A stretch of 64,000 nucleotides of DNA from the NCBI GenBank assembly GCA_021413905.1, contig JAIOPO010000001.1, positions 9,159-73,158 on the forward strand. Reading direction: 5' to 3'. Position numbers and translations under genes: made by a program. This document shows, piece by piece, positions 39,229 through 49,193 of this stretch. This DNA is from Candidatus Nomurabacteria bacterium. GTDB taxonomy: Bacteria; Patescibacteriota; Minisyncoccia; Phycocordibacterales; UBA9973. The notes below the pieces were generated by a model that saw only the letters and a program-made list of their open reading frames with translations, was not told where the DNA came from and made no database searches. Numbering within the stretch: position 1 is the first letter of the stretch; each line of letters begins with the position of its first letter.

Positions 39229-41901
39229 ATGCCACCATTAAATAAGTTTACAACTAAAGCTAAGGATGCGATAAAAAAAGCTCATGAACTTGCTATTGAA
39301 CGCGGACAAAATCATGTTTCCGCTTTGCATTTATTGGCTTCTTTATTATTACAAGAAGAAAGTATGGTGAATTCTATTTTAGATAAAATGGAAATAGATA
39401 CTATGCTTTTAACTGATTCTGTTTTAGAAGCAATAGAAATGCCTGAATCACATACTACTGTTTCTCCTGCATATCAAATTTATTTAAATCCTGATTTAGC
39501 GCAAGTTATAGAACAATCTGTAAAATTTGCTGATTCATTAAAAGATGAATTTGTATCTACTGAACATTTATTTATTTCTATTTTAGAAGTGATGAGTGAA
39601 GCTCGCGAAATACTTTCTCGTTTTAGAATTCATCGTGATCCTGTTTTGAAAGTTTTAGAAACTTTACGCAGTCAAAATATTACAGATGTTACAGAAAATA
39701 AAAAATTTCGTTTAATACCGAAATACACTCGCAATCTTACCAAGCTTGCAAAAGAAGACAAACTCGATCCTGTCATCGGACGCGACAATGAAATAATGCG
39801 TATAATGCAAATTCTTTCTCGCAGAACAAAAAATAATCCGATATTGATAGGAGAAGCAGGCACAGGAAAAACTGCTGTGGTGGAAGGCTTGGCTCAACGT
39901 ATTGCTAAAAATGATGTTTCAGAATCTTTGAAAGATAAAGAAGTTGTATCTTTGGATTTAGGTTCTTTGATTGCTGGAACAAAATATCGCGGAGAATTTG
40001 AAGAAAGATTGAAAGGCATAATGAAAGAAATAGAAAGAGCAGATGACAAGATAATTCTCTTTATTGATGAAATACATACTATTGTCGGTGCTGGAGGTGC
40101 AGAAGGCACGATGGACGCTTCTAATATGTTGAAACCTGCTCTTGCGCGCGGAGAATTGCGTGCAATAGGAGCGACAACTTTGCGTGAATATCAAAAACAT
40201 ATTGAAAAAGATCCTGCTCTTGCTCGTCGTTTTCAACCAGTTTACATTGATGAGCCGAGCATTGAAGACGCGGTAGCAATATTGAGGGGATTAAAAGAAA
40301 AATATGAATTATTTCATGGTATTCGTATTACAGATGATGCTATTTTGTCTGCGGTGAATTTATCTACTAGATATATTACAAATAGATTTTTACCGGATAA
40401 AGCAGTGGATTTGATAGATGAAGCATCTTCTTCTTTGAAAATTTCTCTTGAAAATAAACCTCCTGTGCTCGAAGAAGCGCACAGAAAGATAATGCGTCTA
40501 GAGATTGAAAAAGAAGCTTTGAAAAAAGAAATTGAAAACAAAGAAGCTAAAAGTCGTGTAAAAGATATTGATAAAGAAATCGGTAATTTAAAAGAAAAAA
40601 CCAAAGAACTCGAATTGAAATGGCAAAATGAAAAAAATATTGTCATTGAAATTCGCACAATTAAAAAAGAATTGGAAACTTTGCGTTTGTCTGCTGAAGA
40701 TGCAGAAATGAAAGCTGATTTGTCTCGTGCTGCGGAAATTCGTTATGGTAAAATTCCAGAACTTAAAAAAGAACTTGAAAATAAATTGATTCGTTTAAAG
40801 AAATTGCAAAAATCTCGTAGAATTTTGAAAGAAGAAATTACAGCAGAAGATATTGCGGAGATTGTATCTCGTTGGACAGGAATACCACTTACAAAAATGC
40901 TCGAAGAAGAACGCGAGAAATTGGAAAAAATGGAAGAAGAATTAAATAAACGCGTGGTAGGACAAAATGATGCAGTAAAACGCGTAGCAGACGTCATACG
41001 CCGTTCACGAGCCGGTATTTCAGATCCGAACAGGCCAATAGGTTCTTTTATATTTTTGGGCCCAACAGGCGTAGGAAAAACAGAACTTACAAAGGCACTT
41101 TCACAATTTATGTTCAATGATGAGCGCGCTTTGATACGCGTAGATATGTCTGAATATATGGAGCGTCATTCTACTTCGAAACTCATAGGTTCGCCACCGG
41201 GTTATGTGGGGCATGATGAGGCTGGACAGTTGACCGAAGCTGTACGTCATCGACCATACTCTGTAGTTCTTTTTGATGAGATTGAAAAAGCGCATCCGGA
41301 AGTTTTCAATATGCTTTTGCAAGTCCTCGATGATGGTAGATTGACAGATGCCAAAGGCAGAGTGGTAAATTTCAAAAATACTATCATTATAATGACTTCA
41401 AATATCGGTTCACAATTTGTGGAGAAAATGGAATCCATCGGTTTTTCAAATAATACAGATAAAGAAAATTATAGTAATATGAAAGAAAAAGTAAACGGAG
41501 CATTGAAAGAACATTTTCGTCCGGAGTTTTTGAATCGCTTGGATGAGATAATCATTTTTGATATTCTTTCCGAAGAATCAATCAAAGACATTGTAAACTT
41601 GAGAATAAAAGTGGTGGAAGATCGTCTTGCCACAAAAGTAATAGCTTTAGAAATTTCAAATGAAGCTTTATCGTATTTGGCAAAAGAAGGTTACAATCCG
41701 CACTACGGCGCGCGACCTTTGAATCGTCTTATTCAAAATAAAATCCTAAACCCTGTGGCTTCATATATTATTTCAAAAGATGTGAAAAAGGGAGACAAAA
41801 TCCTCGTGACTGTAAAAGCAGGCGAGTTATTAATAGAAGCTAAGAAGGGTAAAATAAAAAGTTCAATGAAAGTTAAAACCCAATCACCGTATGTGAATTA
41901 A
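39229..41901 (+). CDS. clpB: ATP-dependent chaperone ClpB
   Basis: Two AAA+ modules ([18 protein letters not shown]; [15 protein letters not shown]) and a coiled-coil middle domain. Confidence 0.95.
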   Translation: MPPLNKFTTKAKDAIKKAHELAIERGQNHVSALHLLASLLLQEESMVNSILDKMEIDTMLLTDSVLEAIEMPESHTTVSPAYQIYLNPDLAQVIEQSVKFADSLKDEFVSTEHLFISILEVMSEAREILSRFRIHRDPVLKVLETLRSQNITDVTENKKFRLIPKYTRNLTKLAKEDKLDPVIGRDNEIMRIMQILSRRTKNNPILIGEAGTGKTAVVEGLAQRIAKNDVSESLKDKEVVSLDLGSLIAGTKYRGEFEERLKGIMKEIERADDKIILFIDEIHTIVGAGGAEGTMDASNMLKPALARGELRAIGATTLREYQKHIEKDPALARRFQPVYIDEPSIEDAVAILRGLKEKYELFHGIRITDDAILSAVNLSTRYITNRFLPDKAVDLIDEASSSLKISLENKPPVLEEAHRKIMRLEIEKEALKKEIENKEAKSRVKDIDKEIGNLKEKTKELELKWQNEKNIVIEIRTIKKELETLRLSAEDAEMKADLSRAAEIRYGKIPELKKELENKLIRLKKLQKSRRILKEEITAEDIAEIVSRWTGIPLTKMLEEEREKLEKMEEELNKRVVGQNDAVKRVADVIRRSRAGISDPNRPIGSFIFLGPTGVGKTELTKALSQFMFNDERALIRVDMSEYMERHSTSKLIGSPPGYVGHDEAGQLTEAVRHRPYSVVLFDEIEKAHPEVFNMLLQVLDDGRLTDAKGRVVNFKNTIIIMTSNIGSQFVEKMESIGFSNNTDKENYSNMKEKVNGALKEHFRPEFLNRLDEIIIFDILSEESIKDIVNLRIKVVEDRLATKVIALEISNEALSYLAKEGYNPHYGARPLNRLIQNKILNPVASYIISKDVKKGDKILVTVKAGELLIEAKKGKIKSSMKVKTQSPYVN

Positions 41902-41937
41902 AAAAATCCCCTCAATTTTGAGGGGATTTTTTGTGAA
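41901..41937 (+). terminator. rho-independent terminator after clpB
   Basis: aaatcccctca-attt-tgaggggattttttg. Confidence 0.7.
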
Positions 41938-41959
41938 AATAAATTTAAGAAATTATTTA

Positions 41960-42325
41960 TCAGATACATAATTCCTGATAAAATTCCAACTCTACTTTTT
42001 CTGTTGCAACTGTAACTCTATTTAAGATTACAGTGTATTTATCTATGTACAGAAGCAATTTATTAAATGCTTCTTTTTGTTTTTGTTTATTTTTAATATC
42101 ACTTTCAAAACAAACATGATGCAATCTGGGTGAGAGTATCTTTCTGGATTCATACATGTGGTACGAACAAAACATTGGGTGTATAAATATACGTTCTGGT
42201 GTTTCAGAATCCTTAAAAAAGCATTCCTCGTAATTATTACCAATACCTGTATATTCAAATCCATACTTTGTGGTCAACACATAAATCACGTGTTCATGGT
42301 TTTTGTAAAAATGTTTCTTCTCCAT
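41960..42325 (-). CDS. hypothetical protein
   Basis: ORF only. Confidence 0.35.
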   Translation of the reverse strand: MEKKHFYKNHEHVIYVLTTKYGFEYTGIGNNYEECFFKDSETPERIFIHPMFCSYHMYESRKILSPRLHHVCFESDIKNKQKQKEAFNKLLLYIDKYTVILNRVTVATEKVELEFYQELCI

Positions 42326-42477
42326 TTTTTCTTTTTTTAAATTGTGAATTGTTGAATTATTTTAAACCCCAATTAGGATCTAAAATAATTCAACAATTCA
42401 TTAAAAAATATAATATCAAAAAACATATCTATATAGATACTATTATAAATTTATGATTTAATCAACAAGTTCTATTC

Positions 42478-42563
42478 TGGTGCGTCGGGAAGGATTTGAA
42501 CCTTCGTAGCCCGGAGGCGACAGATTTACAGTCTGTTGTAATTGACCACTCTACCACCGACGC
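42478..42563 (-). tRNA. tRNA-Tyr (anticodon GTA), long variable arm, CCA encoded
   Basis: Manual fold: GCGTCGG acceptor, anticodon loop CTGTAAA, GGTTCAAATCC T-arm, then A-CCA. Confidence 0.8.
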
Positions 42564-42630
42564 ATATTACCCTCAAAAAGAGGTGTAAATATAAAATAAC
42601 ATAAAATTATTTTTTTCGCATCTTTTTAGA

Positions 42631-43041
42631 TTACTGAATTTGAGTTTTATTTTCTAAATTATCCACAGAGAATTTACCCGCTCCATATAGAGCTAGACCG
42701 AGTGTTGCCACTGATAAGCCGAAATCACGCACACCGAGCGGTCCAAAGCCTATACTCATAGCTATGCCAAATAAATGTATTGCGAGCAATAATGCAACAA
42801 TACGAGTGTATACGCCTATGAGTATCATAACACCACCGATAATTTCAAACCAACCATTCAACAATACAAATGTGATTTGAGAAAAGGGTAGTGATTGCGT
42901 AAAATTTGGTAAGAATGAAATCCATTTTTCCGGACCTGTGAGTTGCATATATCCAAAATAAAAGAAAACTAATGCCATACCTATACGCAAGACAACTGGT
43001 GCTAAACTTTTTAATTTTTCGTCGTTAAATAAATTATTCAT
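42631..43041 (-). CDS. DoxX-family membrane protein
   Basis: LRIGMALVFFYFGYMQL and a multi-transmembrane profile. Confidence 0.65.
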   Translation of the reverse strand: MNNLFNDEKLKSLAPVVLRIGMALVFFYFGYMQLTGPEKWISFLPNFTQSLPFSQITFVLLNGWFEIIGGVMILIGVYTRIVALLLAIHLFGIAMSIGFGPLGVRDFGLSVATLGLALYGAGKFSVDNLENKTQIQ

Positions 43042-43051
43042 ATATTTTTTA

Positions 43052-43447
43052 TTATTTTAAAACTCCAATTTTAAAACTTGCTAATTCTTGTTCAGGGCGT
43101 CTTTGTCCACCGTGTTGGTCATTGAAAGCACTTGAGCCATCTTTTCCACATAGACTCAATATTGCTCCTGCGCCTCCTGGATGTTGGCTAATCCAACTTG
43201 TCACATCATACACTGCACCATTTATCGCTGTCCAACAGCTCGATTGAGAATTGTGTTTTTGAACGTCTACCATAGTATAAATTTTCTCAGTATTTGTTTT
43301 TGTCGTTGAAGTATTTGTATTATTTACAGGTGTATTTTGGATAGGGTTGTTTTCTATTGGTGTATAAGTTTTTTTGTTTATAATAACAACTGCTCCAATA
43401 ATAAATATAACAACTGCCGACAAACCAATAAATATTTTTATTTTCAT
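43052..43447 (-). CDS. cytochrome b5-like heme-binding domain protein, membrane anchored
   Basis: AINGAVYDVTSWISQHPGG...FNDQHGG. Confidence 0.65.
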   Translation of the reverse strand: MKIKIFIGLSAVVIFIIGAVVIINKKTYTPIENNPIQNTPVNNTNTSTTKTNTEKIYTMVDVQKHNSQSSCWTAINGAVYDVTSWISQHPGGAGAILSLCGKDGSSAFNDQHGGQRRPEQELASFKIGVLK

Positions 43448-43517
43448 AATTGTTTAATTATAACAAATTAATGTAAGTTACCAAAAGGGGGATAAATATT
43501 TTAGACTAGAATAGTAT

Positions 43518-43545
43518 TTGCATTTTAAATAAAATGAGATAGAAT
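43518..43545 (+). promoter_or_regulatory. candidate sigma70 promoter for the tRNA-Ala/Asn cluster (TTGCAT-16-TAGAAT)
   Basis: ttgcattttaaataaaatgagatagaat. Confidence 0.4.
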
Positions 43546-43564
43546 ATATATTGTTAGTAATTAT

Positions 43565-43625
43565 GGGCCATTAGCTTATCTGTAGCGCTTCGTGAGAGCA
43601 ACTACAAGAAAGTTGAATTTGGCTG
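43565..43625 (+). pseudogene. pseudo-tRNA fragment resembling the 5' half of tRNA-Ala
   Basis: GGGCCATTAGCTTATCTGTAGCGC matches GGGCCGTTAGCTCATCTGGTAGAGC of the adjacent tRNA-Ala. No T-arm follows. Confidence 0.5.
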
Positions 43626-43636
43626 AAATATAATAT

Positions 43637-43709
43637 GGGCCGTTAGCTCATCTGGTAGAGCACCTCATTTGCAATGAGGGGGTGGCAGGTTCGAGTCCTG
43701 TACGGTCCA
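43637..43709 (+). tRNA. tRNA-Ala (anticodon TGC)
   Basis: G3:U70 pair, anticodon loop TTTGCAA, GGTTCGAGTCC T-arm. Confidence 0.85.
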
Positions 43710-43757
43710 CATTGGCAGAATTTCTTTAAGTTTTGTCATATTTTTATAAAAAAATAT

Positions 43758-43829
43758 TCGGGAGTAGCTCAGCGGTAGAGCGATCGCCTGTTAAGCGATT
43801 GGTCGTAGGTTCGATCCCTACCTCCCGAG
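43758..43829 (+). tRNA. tRNA-Asn (anticodon GTT)
   Basis: U1:A72 pair, anticodon loop CTGTTAA, GGTTCGATCCC T-arm, discriminator G. Confidence 0.8.
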
Positions 43830-45383
43830 CAATGACTTGTACTTAGGTGAGTTTTCAGTATTAAACACTTGTCCAGCAAGTGTTTTTTGCTGTTCGTAGG
43901 AGTCATTTAGCTTTGGAATCCATTCAAGCAGATATTTGCACGCTAAATTATAATTCGGCTTTATTTCATAAGCATTTTGTGTGAAGTTCGTAAATAATTG
44001 AGAGAACAATAATCTTTTTTCGTCCACTTCTGCTTTGTTGTAAATTTGGCTTGCTTTAAAAGCGAGGTCGTGAATTATTACACGAAGTTCTTGATAGTCG
44101 TCGCTTTTATTTACAACTTTATCGAGAGTAGACTCTAAGGCAGATTCTTCAATTTTACATTCAGCTATTTTTCTTTCACAAAACTCGCGTGGCACTTCTT
44201 TGTTTATTGTCGCTTCAAAGTATTTATCTTTTTCTTTTCTGATTTTTAATAATAGCCCATTTAGTCTTTGAATTTCTGTCTCCCTTTCTTTTATCTGCTC
44301 GGCATTTTCTTCTAAAATAATACTTTCAATCCATTTAAGCACAGCTTCGTTCTTAGGGGCTATATTTAGAAAAACGGGCATTATTTGTTCTTCGACTTTA
44401 TCTTGCCTAACATAGGTCTTTTTAGGGCAATGGCGTGATTTTAAATGGTTATTACAGTGCCCATACCATTTTTCTTTTTGTAATTCCCAACTCAAAACAC
44501 CCCCGCAACCATCGCAGAAAATTTTGCTTTTAAATAGGGAATTGTGTTTAGTTGATAAGTGAGTTTTACCTCTTCTTTTTAAGATGGATTGTGCTTTTTC
44601 AAATAGGTCCTTGCTAATCAATGGTTCGTGTATGGCAGGATATATTTGGCCTTTCCATCTCATTTTTCCATAGTAGAATGGGTCCTGAAGTAATTCGTAA
44701 ATTCTGCTTTGCAAAATCTTTTTTCCATTTCTTGACCTAAGTCCAATTTTATACATTTCATCTTCTAGTCCAGTGAGTGAATAATTTCCCGTAGCGTATA
44801 GTTCAAACATTTTTTTAATATGGGGAGCTGTTTCTTCTTCAATGATATGTATTTTATGTCCTTTGTCCCCGATAGTTTTATATCCAGTGGGTGGTTTTTG
44901 TGGAAGTCCGCCTTGAGCTAATTTTTCTTTTTGTCCTTTACGAACTTCTTCGGAAAGGTTGTTTGTATAGAATCTAGCAATTGCAACTTTCATATCCCAC
45001 ACAAGATTTTCGTGGGCTCTGGTATTTTGACTAACGATAAAATTTTCTTTAACGAAATGGACCTCGTTATTTTTTTCTTCATAAACCCAATCGTTAATTA
45101 TGGATGCATCTTTTAAGTTGCGGGTTAATCGGTCAATTTTTTCTGCCAGTATTAGATTTACTTTGTTTTTCTTAATGAATTGAAGAATCTCATTAAATTT
45201 TTTCCTTGCTTGTTTTCCACTTGCCGATTCTGAAATTTTATAAACTTTTACAACATTAAAGTTATTTTTTACCGCATACTCCGTGAGAAGTTTTTCTTGA
45301 GCATCCAGCGAATACCCTGTGTCTTCTTGTTCTTTACTGGAAACTCTACAAATAATGACTGCTTTTATTGTGTTATTTTTCAT
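43818..45383 (-). CDS. large serine recombinase (phage-type serine integrase); last 4 codons overlap the tRNA-Asn 3' end
   Basis: AVIICRVSSKEQ...SLDAQ catalytic resolvase domain, a recombinase domain, and a C...C zinc-ribbon region. Confidence 0.85.
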   Translation of the reverse strand: MKNNTIKAVIICRVSSKEQEDTGYSLDAQEKLLTEYAVKNNFNVVKVYKISESASGKQARKKFNEILQFIKKNKVNLILAEKIDRLTRNLKDASIINDWVYEEKNNEVHFVKENFIVSQNTRAHENLVWDMKVAIARFYTNNLSEEVRKGQKEKLAQGGLPQKPPTGYKTIGDKGHKIHIIEEETAPHIKKMFELYATGNYSLTGLEDEMYKIGLRSRNGKKILQSRIYELLQDPFYYGKMRWKGQIYPAIHEPLISKDLFEKAQSILKRRGKTHLSTKHNSLFKSKIFCDGCGGVLSWELQKEKWYGHCNNHLKSRHCPKKTYVRQDKVEEQIMPVFLNIAPKNEAVLKWIESIILEENAEQIKERETEIQRLNGLLLKIRKEKDKYFEATINKEVPREFCERKIAECKIEESALESTLDKVVNKSDDYQELRVIIHDLAFKASQIYNKAEVDEKRLLFSQLFTNFTQNAYEIKPNYNLACKYLLEWIPKLNDSYEQQKTLAGQVFNTENSPKYKSLLGR

Positions 45384-45448
45384 ATATTTTTATTTTATTT
45401 TAATTTAATTTCTAATAATTATAACATATACCAATTCAGTTATTTTTT

Positions 45449-45652
45449 TTACCCATCGGGGACATTAGAAGATTCAATTTCTTTTTTGTTTACACGTTGG
45501 TGAATTTTAAATAACGTTAAATAATAATTAGCGACCCCGTTGGCGATTTCTCTAACTTGTTCTTCCGTGAAATTCTCAAAACCAGCACAACCTTTGTGTA
45601 GCTCAACAAATTTATTTATTTGTTCTGGTTTGAGTTCCATTAGTTTAACCAC
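45449..45652 (-). CDS. hypothetical small protein within the element
   Basis: ORF only. Confidence 0.35.
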   Translation of the reverse strand: MVKLMELKPEQINKFVELHKGCAGFENFTEEQVREIANGVANYYLTLFKIHQRVNKKEIESSNVPDG

Positions 45653-46191
45653 GAAGGTTTGTTAGCTCGCATTGCTTGCACGAAAGGCGAGTCCTCTTCT
45701 TTTAAAGAAGAATTTTCTCTTTCTTTATTTGATTTAGTTAGTTGAATTCCCGTATCCTTTTCGGTACTATCTCCCTTACTGTTTAGATACTGTTCATTTT
45801 CCTTTTGGTCATAAGAGTATTCTTTTTTGACCGTATACATTTGGATACTGTCCTTTTTAGTATTTAAAGGGTCCATTAAGAAATATATATTTGGTTGTCT
45901 TTTTTTATTACGAAGAACTAATATCAATCCAAGTTCTTCAATTATTTTTATATATTTACTAACTGTATTTCTTTTTCCAATTCCAGAGAATTTCATTATT
46001 GTTGGGTATGAAGGAAAGCAGGATTGTGTTTTACTATTAGCGTGCCTAGCTAAAGTGCAATAGATGGCTATTCCTGAAGATTTTAACTTCGGTCCGTATT
46101 TTTCTATTATTTCGTTATCAACCCAAAATCGAGTCTTCTTTAAAGAAGGTCTTATGTGTTTTGGTATGACTAAATTATTTGGCAGTTTCAT
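45640..46191 (-). CDS. replication-associated winged-HTH protein (HTH_36 / DnaD-N-like)
   Basis: GIAIYCTLARHANSKTQSCFPSYPTIMKFSGIGKRNTVSKYIKIIEELGLI. Confidence 0.5.
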   Translation of the reverse strand: MKLPNNLVIPKHIRPSLKKTRFWVDNEIIEKYGPKLKSSGIAIYCTLARHANSKTQSCFPSYPTIMKFSGIGKRNTVSKYIKIIEELGLILVLRNKKRQPNIYFLMDPLNTKKDSIQMYTVKKEYSYDQKENEQYLNSKGDSTEKDTGIQLTKSNKERENSSLKEEDSPFVQAMRANKPSWLN

Positions 46192-46226
46192 AATTTTTAT
46201 TCATATAATTTAATATAGGCGAGTCG

Positions 46227-46490
46227 TTAGTTTTTTAATCTGCTTTTAATTTCTCTGATAGCGTTCCAATAATTTTTTGGTTCAACTTGAAGTAAGCCAG
46301 CCCAAAAGTTAGTTATTGTTTTTTCCAGTTCTTTTGTTTTATTAAAAACCATTTTGACTTTCGGGTACTCTTTTGGGTCCCTGTCAAAGGCAATGATGGG
46401 GAAATTTAGAGAAACTAGACAGCTAACTAAGCACATATCACTAAGAGATACTTTTTCTTCTACATTTAGATATTTAAAATCACTATTCAT
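46227..46490 (-). CDS. hypothetical protein within the element
   Basis: ORF only. Confidence 0.35.
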   Translation of the reverse strand: MNSDFKYLNVEEKVSLSDMCLVSCLVSLNFPIIAFDRDPKEYPKVKMVFNKTKELEKTITNFWAGLLQVEPKNYWNAIREIKSRLKN

Positions 46491-46628
46491 TTAATTTAAT
46501 AAAATTATTTTTAATAAATGCCTTCCTTAGACAAAAGGAGGACTCTATATAAAGGCATATGTGGTCATACGACAAAAAATAAAAAAAGCCCTTTGAAAAT
46601 AGGCTTTTTAATAGAAAGAATTTACTTT

Positions 46629-47675
46629 CTATTGGTTTTTTAATTTCGATATTTTATTTTTACTTTGCTCCTCCTTTATTTTACGTATTTGATTAAAATC
46701 TTTAACATTAAAGAGCCACCTTCCTTTTGGCTGAACCCTTGTAAGCTTTATTTTACTTGACCAATACGCAGGTATAAGTCCTTTCTCTCTATACCGTCTT
46801 AATGTTTTATCGCTTATACCAGTGGCATCTGCTGTCTGTTGAGTAAGAAAATATTTTTCCCCGTTTACGTCTTCGATTAAATCGAGAGAATCAGTTTCAT
46901 TTGCCTTGTGTGATGTGGTCGGATAGTTATTATTCTCATTGTTTTCATAATCAAGTATAGCTAAATCATCATCATTATATCCAGAAAATACTTTTTTATT
47001 GTAGCGTATTTTTATATTTATTTCTCTCATTACCTTTTCACGTATATAATAAAAAAGTTTTTGTCCCGAATTTGATTTTTTTGCTAAATTATTAATAGTG
47101 TCCAGTAGGTCTTTTTTTGCATCTGCCGTTGTTTTTATTTTTCTATTTTTTTGTTTCCTCCCTGAATCTCTATAGCCAAGATTCCTTTGTATAAACCAAT
47201 CATTTAAACATAACTGTATTTCTGTTTTTACCAGCAATTTTAAATACTTATCAGAATATTTGGTAAATTTATTATTATCTAGATTTTCTTTTAAAGAAAG
47301 ATATTTTTTTAGTTTTTTTGTTGATGGTGAGACGCTTCCTATCCAAATTTCTGCCAAAAAGTCTAAAAGTAAATCATTGTCTTTTTTAGAAAGATTATAT
47401 TTTTTATATATTGATTTTACTATTTCGCTTGGCTGAGGTTTTTTGTTGTCCCAATTTACAGATGGGAACAATAAATTTGTTGCTATTATTCCATATTTGG
47501 AAACTTTAATTAAAATTTTTTTATTCAGCTTTTTTGCTTTTCTTTTTTCTTTAATCAAGCTCTTTAGACTCTTGATTTTTTTTAGAATAGGTCTAAGAGT
47601 TTTTTTATCAATTAAAGGCAGTCCTAAGTAAAATATTGAATCATCAAAAATAGGAAATTTTTGTTTTTTATTCAT
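46629..47675 (-). CDS. lysine-rich protein with a C-terminal excisionase-family HTH (HTH_17)
   Basis: LTQQTADATGISDKTLRRYREKGLIPAYW...GRWLFNVKDF. Confidence 0.5.
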   Translation of the reverse strand: MNKKQKFPIFDDSIFYLGLPLIDKKTLRPILKKIKSLKSLIKEKRKAKKLNKKILIKVSKYGIIATNLLFPSVNWDNKKPQPSEIVKSIYKKYNLSKKDNDLLLDFLAEIWIGSVSPSTKKLKKYLSLKENLDNNKFTKYSDKYLKLLVKTEIQLCLNDWFIQRNLGYRDSGRKQKNRKIKTTADAKKDLLDTINNLAKKSNSGQKLFYYIREKVMREINIKIRYNKKVFSGYNDDDLAILDYENNENNNYPTTSHKANETDSLDLIEDVNGEKYFLTQQTADATGISDKTLRRYREKGLIPAYWSSKIKLTRVQPKGRWLFNVKDFNQIRKIKEEQSKNKISKLKNQ

Positions 47676-47975
47676 ATAATATAATCTGGGTAACTTACAT
47701 TAGATGTGCATCTAATTGAAACACTAACGATGTATATGTGAACATTGCACTGGCACATTTTACCATTTTATTGTAGACTTAAAAAGTCAATTAAATATGG
47801 ACCTAACCCTTGAATTAACATTTAAGGCACGGTCAACAGTAATCCGCTCAGGAGCATAAAACCCATCATTGGGGTACCTGAGCGGTCGTATTGGGAAACT
47901 GATACGGATGGCGAAAGCTATCACCTAGTGGTGGGCTTTTTGCTACCAATTTTATTAGATTAAGATAAAAAATTT

Positions 47976-48650
47976 ATGGAAGAAAATAAAACATCAGGTT
48001 CAAATCCTGAACAAAAAAATTGGATTAGTCGTCATCCTATGATTACAACAATTATTGTTTTAGGGATGTCTTTAATGATAGGTGGATTAAGTAATCAAGG
48101 AAATAGTATTCAGTCTGATGAAACAAATAATACTTCAATATCTACAACACCTAATATTCAGCCTGACATAAATCTTCCAGAAAAAACCATCACATCTAAA
48201 GTTAAAAATGAATCCGTTTCTACGCAACAATCAATTACTGAAACAAATAATACAATTTATGCTAAAAAATTTTATAACGTTATTTTATTAATTGAGTCTG
48301 GAAATTCAGATGCTCAATCTGGAATATCTGCATTTAGCACTAGCACCCCAGACGCTCTATTTGACTTACGACAAGCTCAAGCAGAGTTTTCTAAAGCACA
48401 GTTAGAAATGCAATCATTGCAAGTTAATGTGCCTGAAAAGTTTATAGATATAAATAGATTAATGAATGAGGCTATAAATAATTACACTTCTGGTATGAAT
48501 ATATTAATTCCAGCCTTGGAAGATGAGAATAATCCTGATTCACTTAATCAAGCTAAAAGTGCTTATACTTATTTTAATAAGGCAGTTATGCTTTTTAGTC
48601 AGGCAGAACTTGCCATAAAGCAATTAAACGCTAAAGAGGGTATTTATTAG
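47976..48650 (+). CDS. hypothetical membrane-anchored protein
   Basis: ORF with a transmembrane helix at residues ~22-40. Confidence 0.4.
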   Translation: MEENKTSGSNPEQKNWISRHPMITTIIVLGMSLMIGGLSNQGNSIQSDETNNTSISTTPNIQPDINLPEKTITSKVKNESVSTQQSITETNNTIYAKKFYNVILLIESGNSDAQSGISAFSTSTPDALFDLRQAQAEFSKAQLEMQSLQVNVPEKFIDINRLMNEAINNYTSGMNILIPALEDENNPDSLNQAKSAYTYFNKAVMLFSQAELAIKQLNAKEGIY

Positions 48651-48669
48651 TAAAAAGTAAATAAGAAAT

Positions 48670-49155
48670 TTATCTTCCAATTCTATTTTTACATCCAAGG
48701 CAATAGTTTCCATACTCTTGAGGAAATTTTCTTTCAAGGTATTTCCAAGCCAAATTAGGGTCCGTCTGAATAGCTCTAGCAACAGTAAGCCTAGCGAGCA
48801 TCCCAAGGTTCAGTTTCCACCCCTGTTTCTGCTCTAAAAACTCAGGATTATTGTGCTGATAGTTATATAGCGTTTGAAGTGAAATACCAGCGAAAACACA
48901 GGCTTCTCGGTCGCTAGCATCTACTAGGTAAGCCATCCTTAGTTTTTGGAGTGTGTCATTTTTCATAACTGTGGGTCTGCCACCCTTTTGACCCTTAGTT
49001 TTCTCTATTACGTTGGCTGGGCGAGGGTTGTGTCTAGGTAAGGTTTTCAAAGCAAGACAACCGTCAAAAGGAAGAGGTAGTTCTTCCATCTCTAGCTCAA
49101 TGGTTTCTTGTGGAAATGCCTCTATTGGGATTGTGTCGAATTCTAATTCTTCCAT
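48670..49155 (-). CDS. phage terminase small-subunit-like HTH protein
   Basis: GGRPT...LQKLRMAYLVDASDREACVFAGISLQTLYNY...AWKYLERKFPQEYG resembles the terminase small-subunit HTH family. Confidence 0.45.
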   Translation of the reverse strand: MEELEFDTIPIEAFPQETIELEMEELPLPFDGCLALKTLPRHNPRPANVIEKTKGQKGGRPTVMKNDTLQKLRMAYLVDASDREACVFAGISLQTLYNYQHNNPEFLEQKQGWKLNLGMLARLTVARAIQTDPNLAWKYLERKFPQEYGNYCLGCKNRIGR

Positions 49156-49193
49156 AGTTATATTATAGTTGTTTTTTAGTTTTTTTATCTTTT

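Noticed and set aside
39672-41438. Cluster of antisense ORFs within clpB
   Set aside because: Same reasoning. clpB is intact and conserved on the plus strand.
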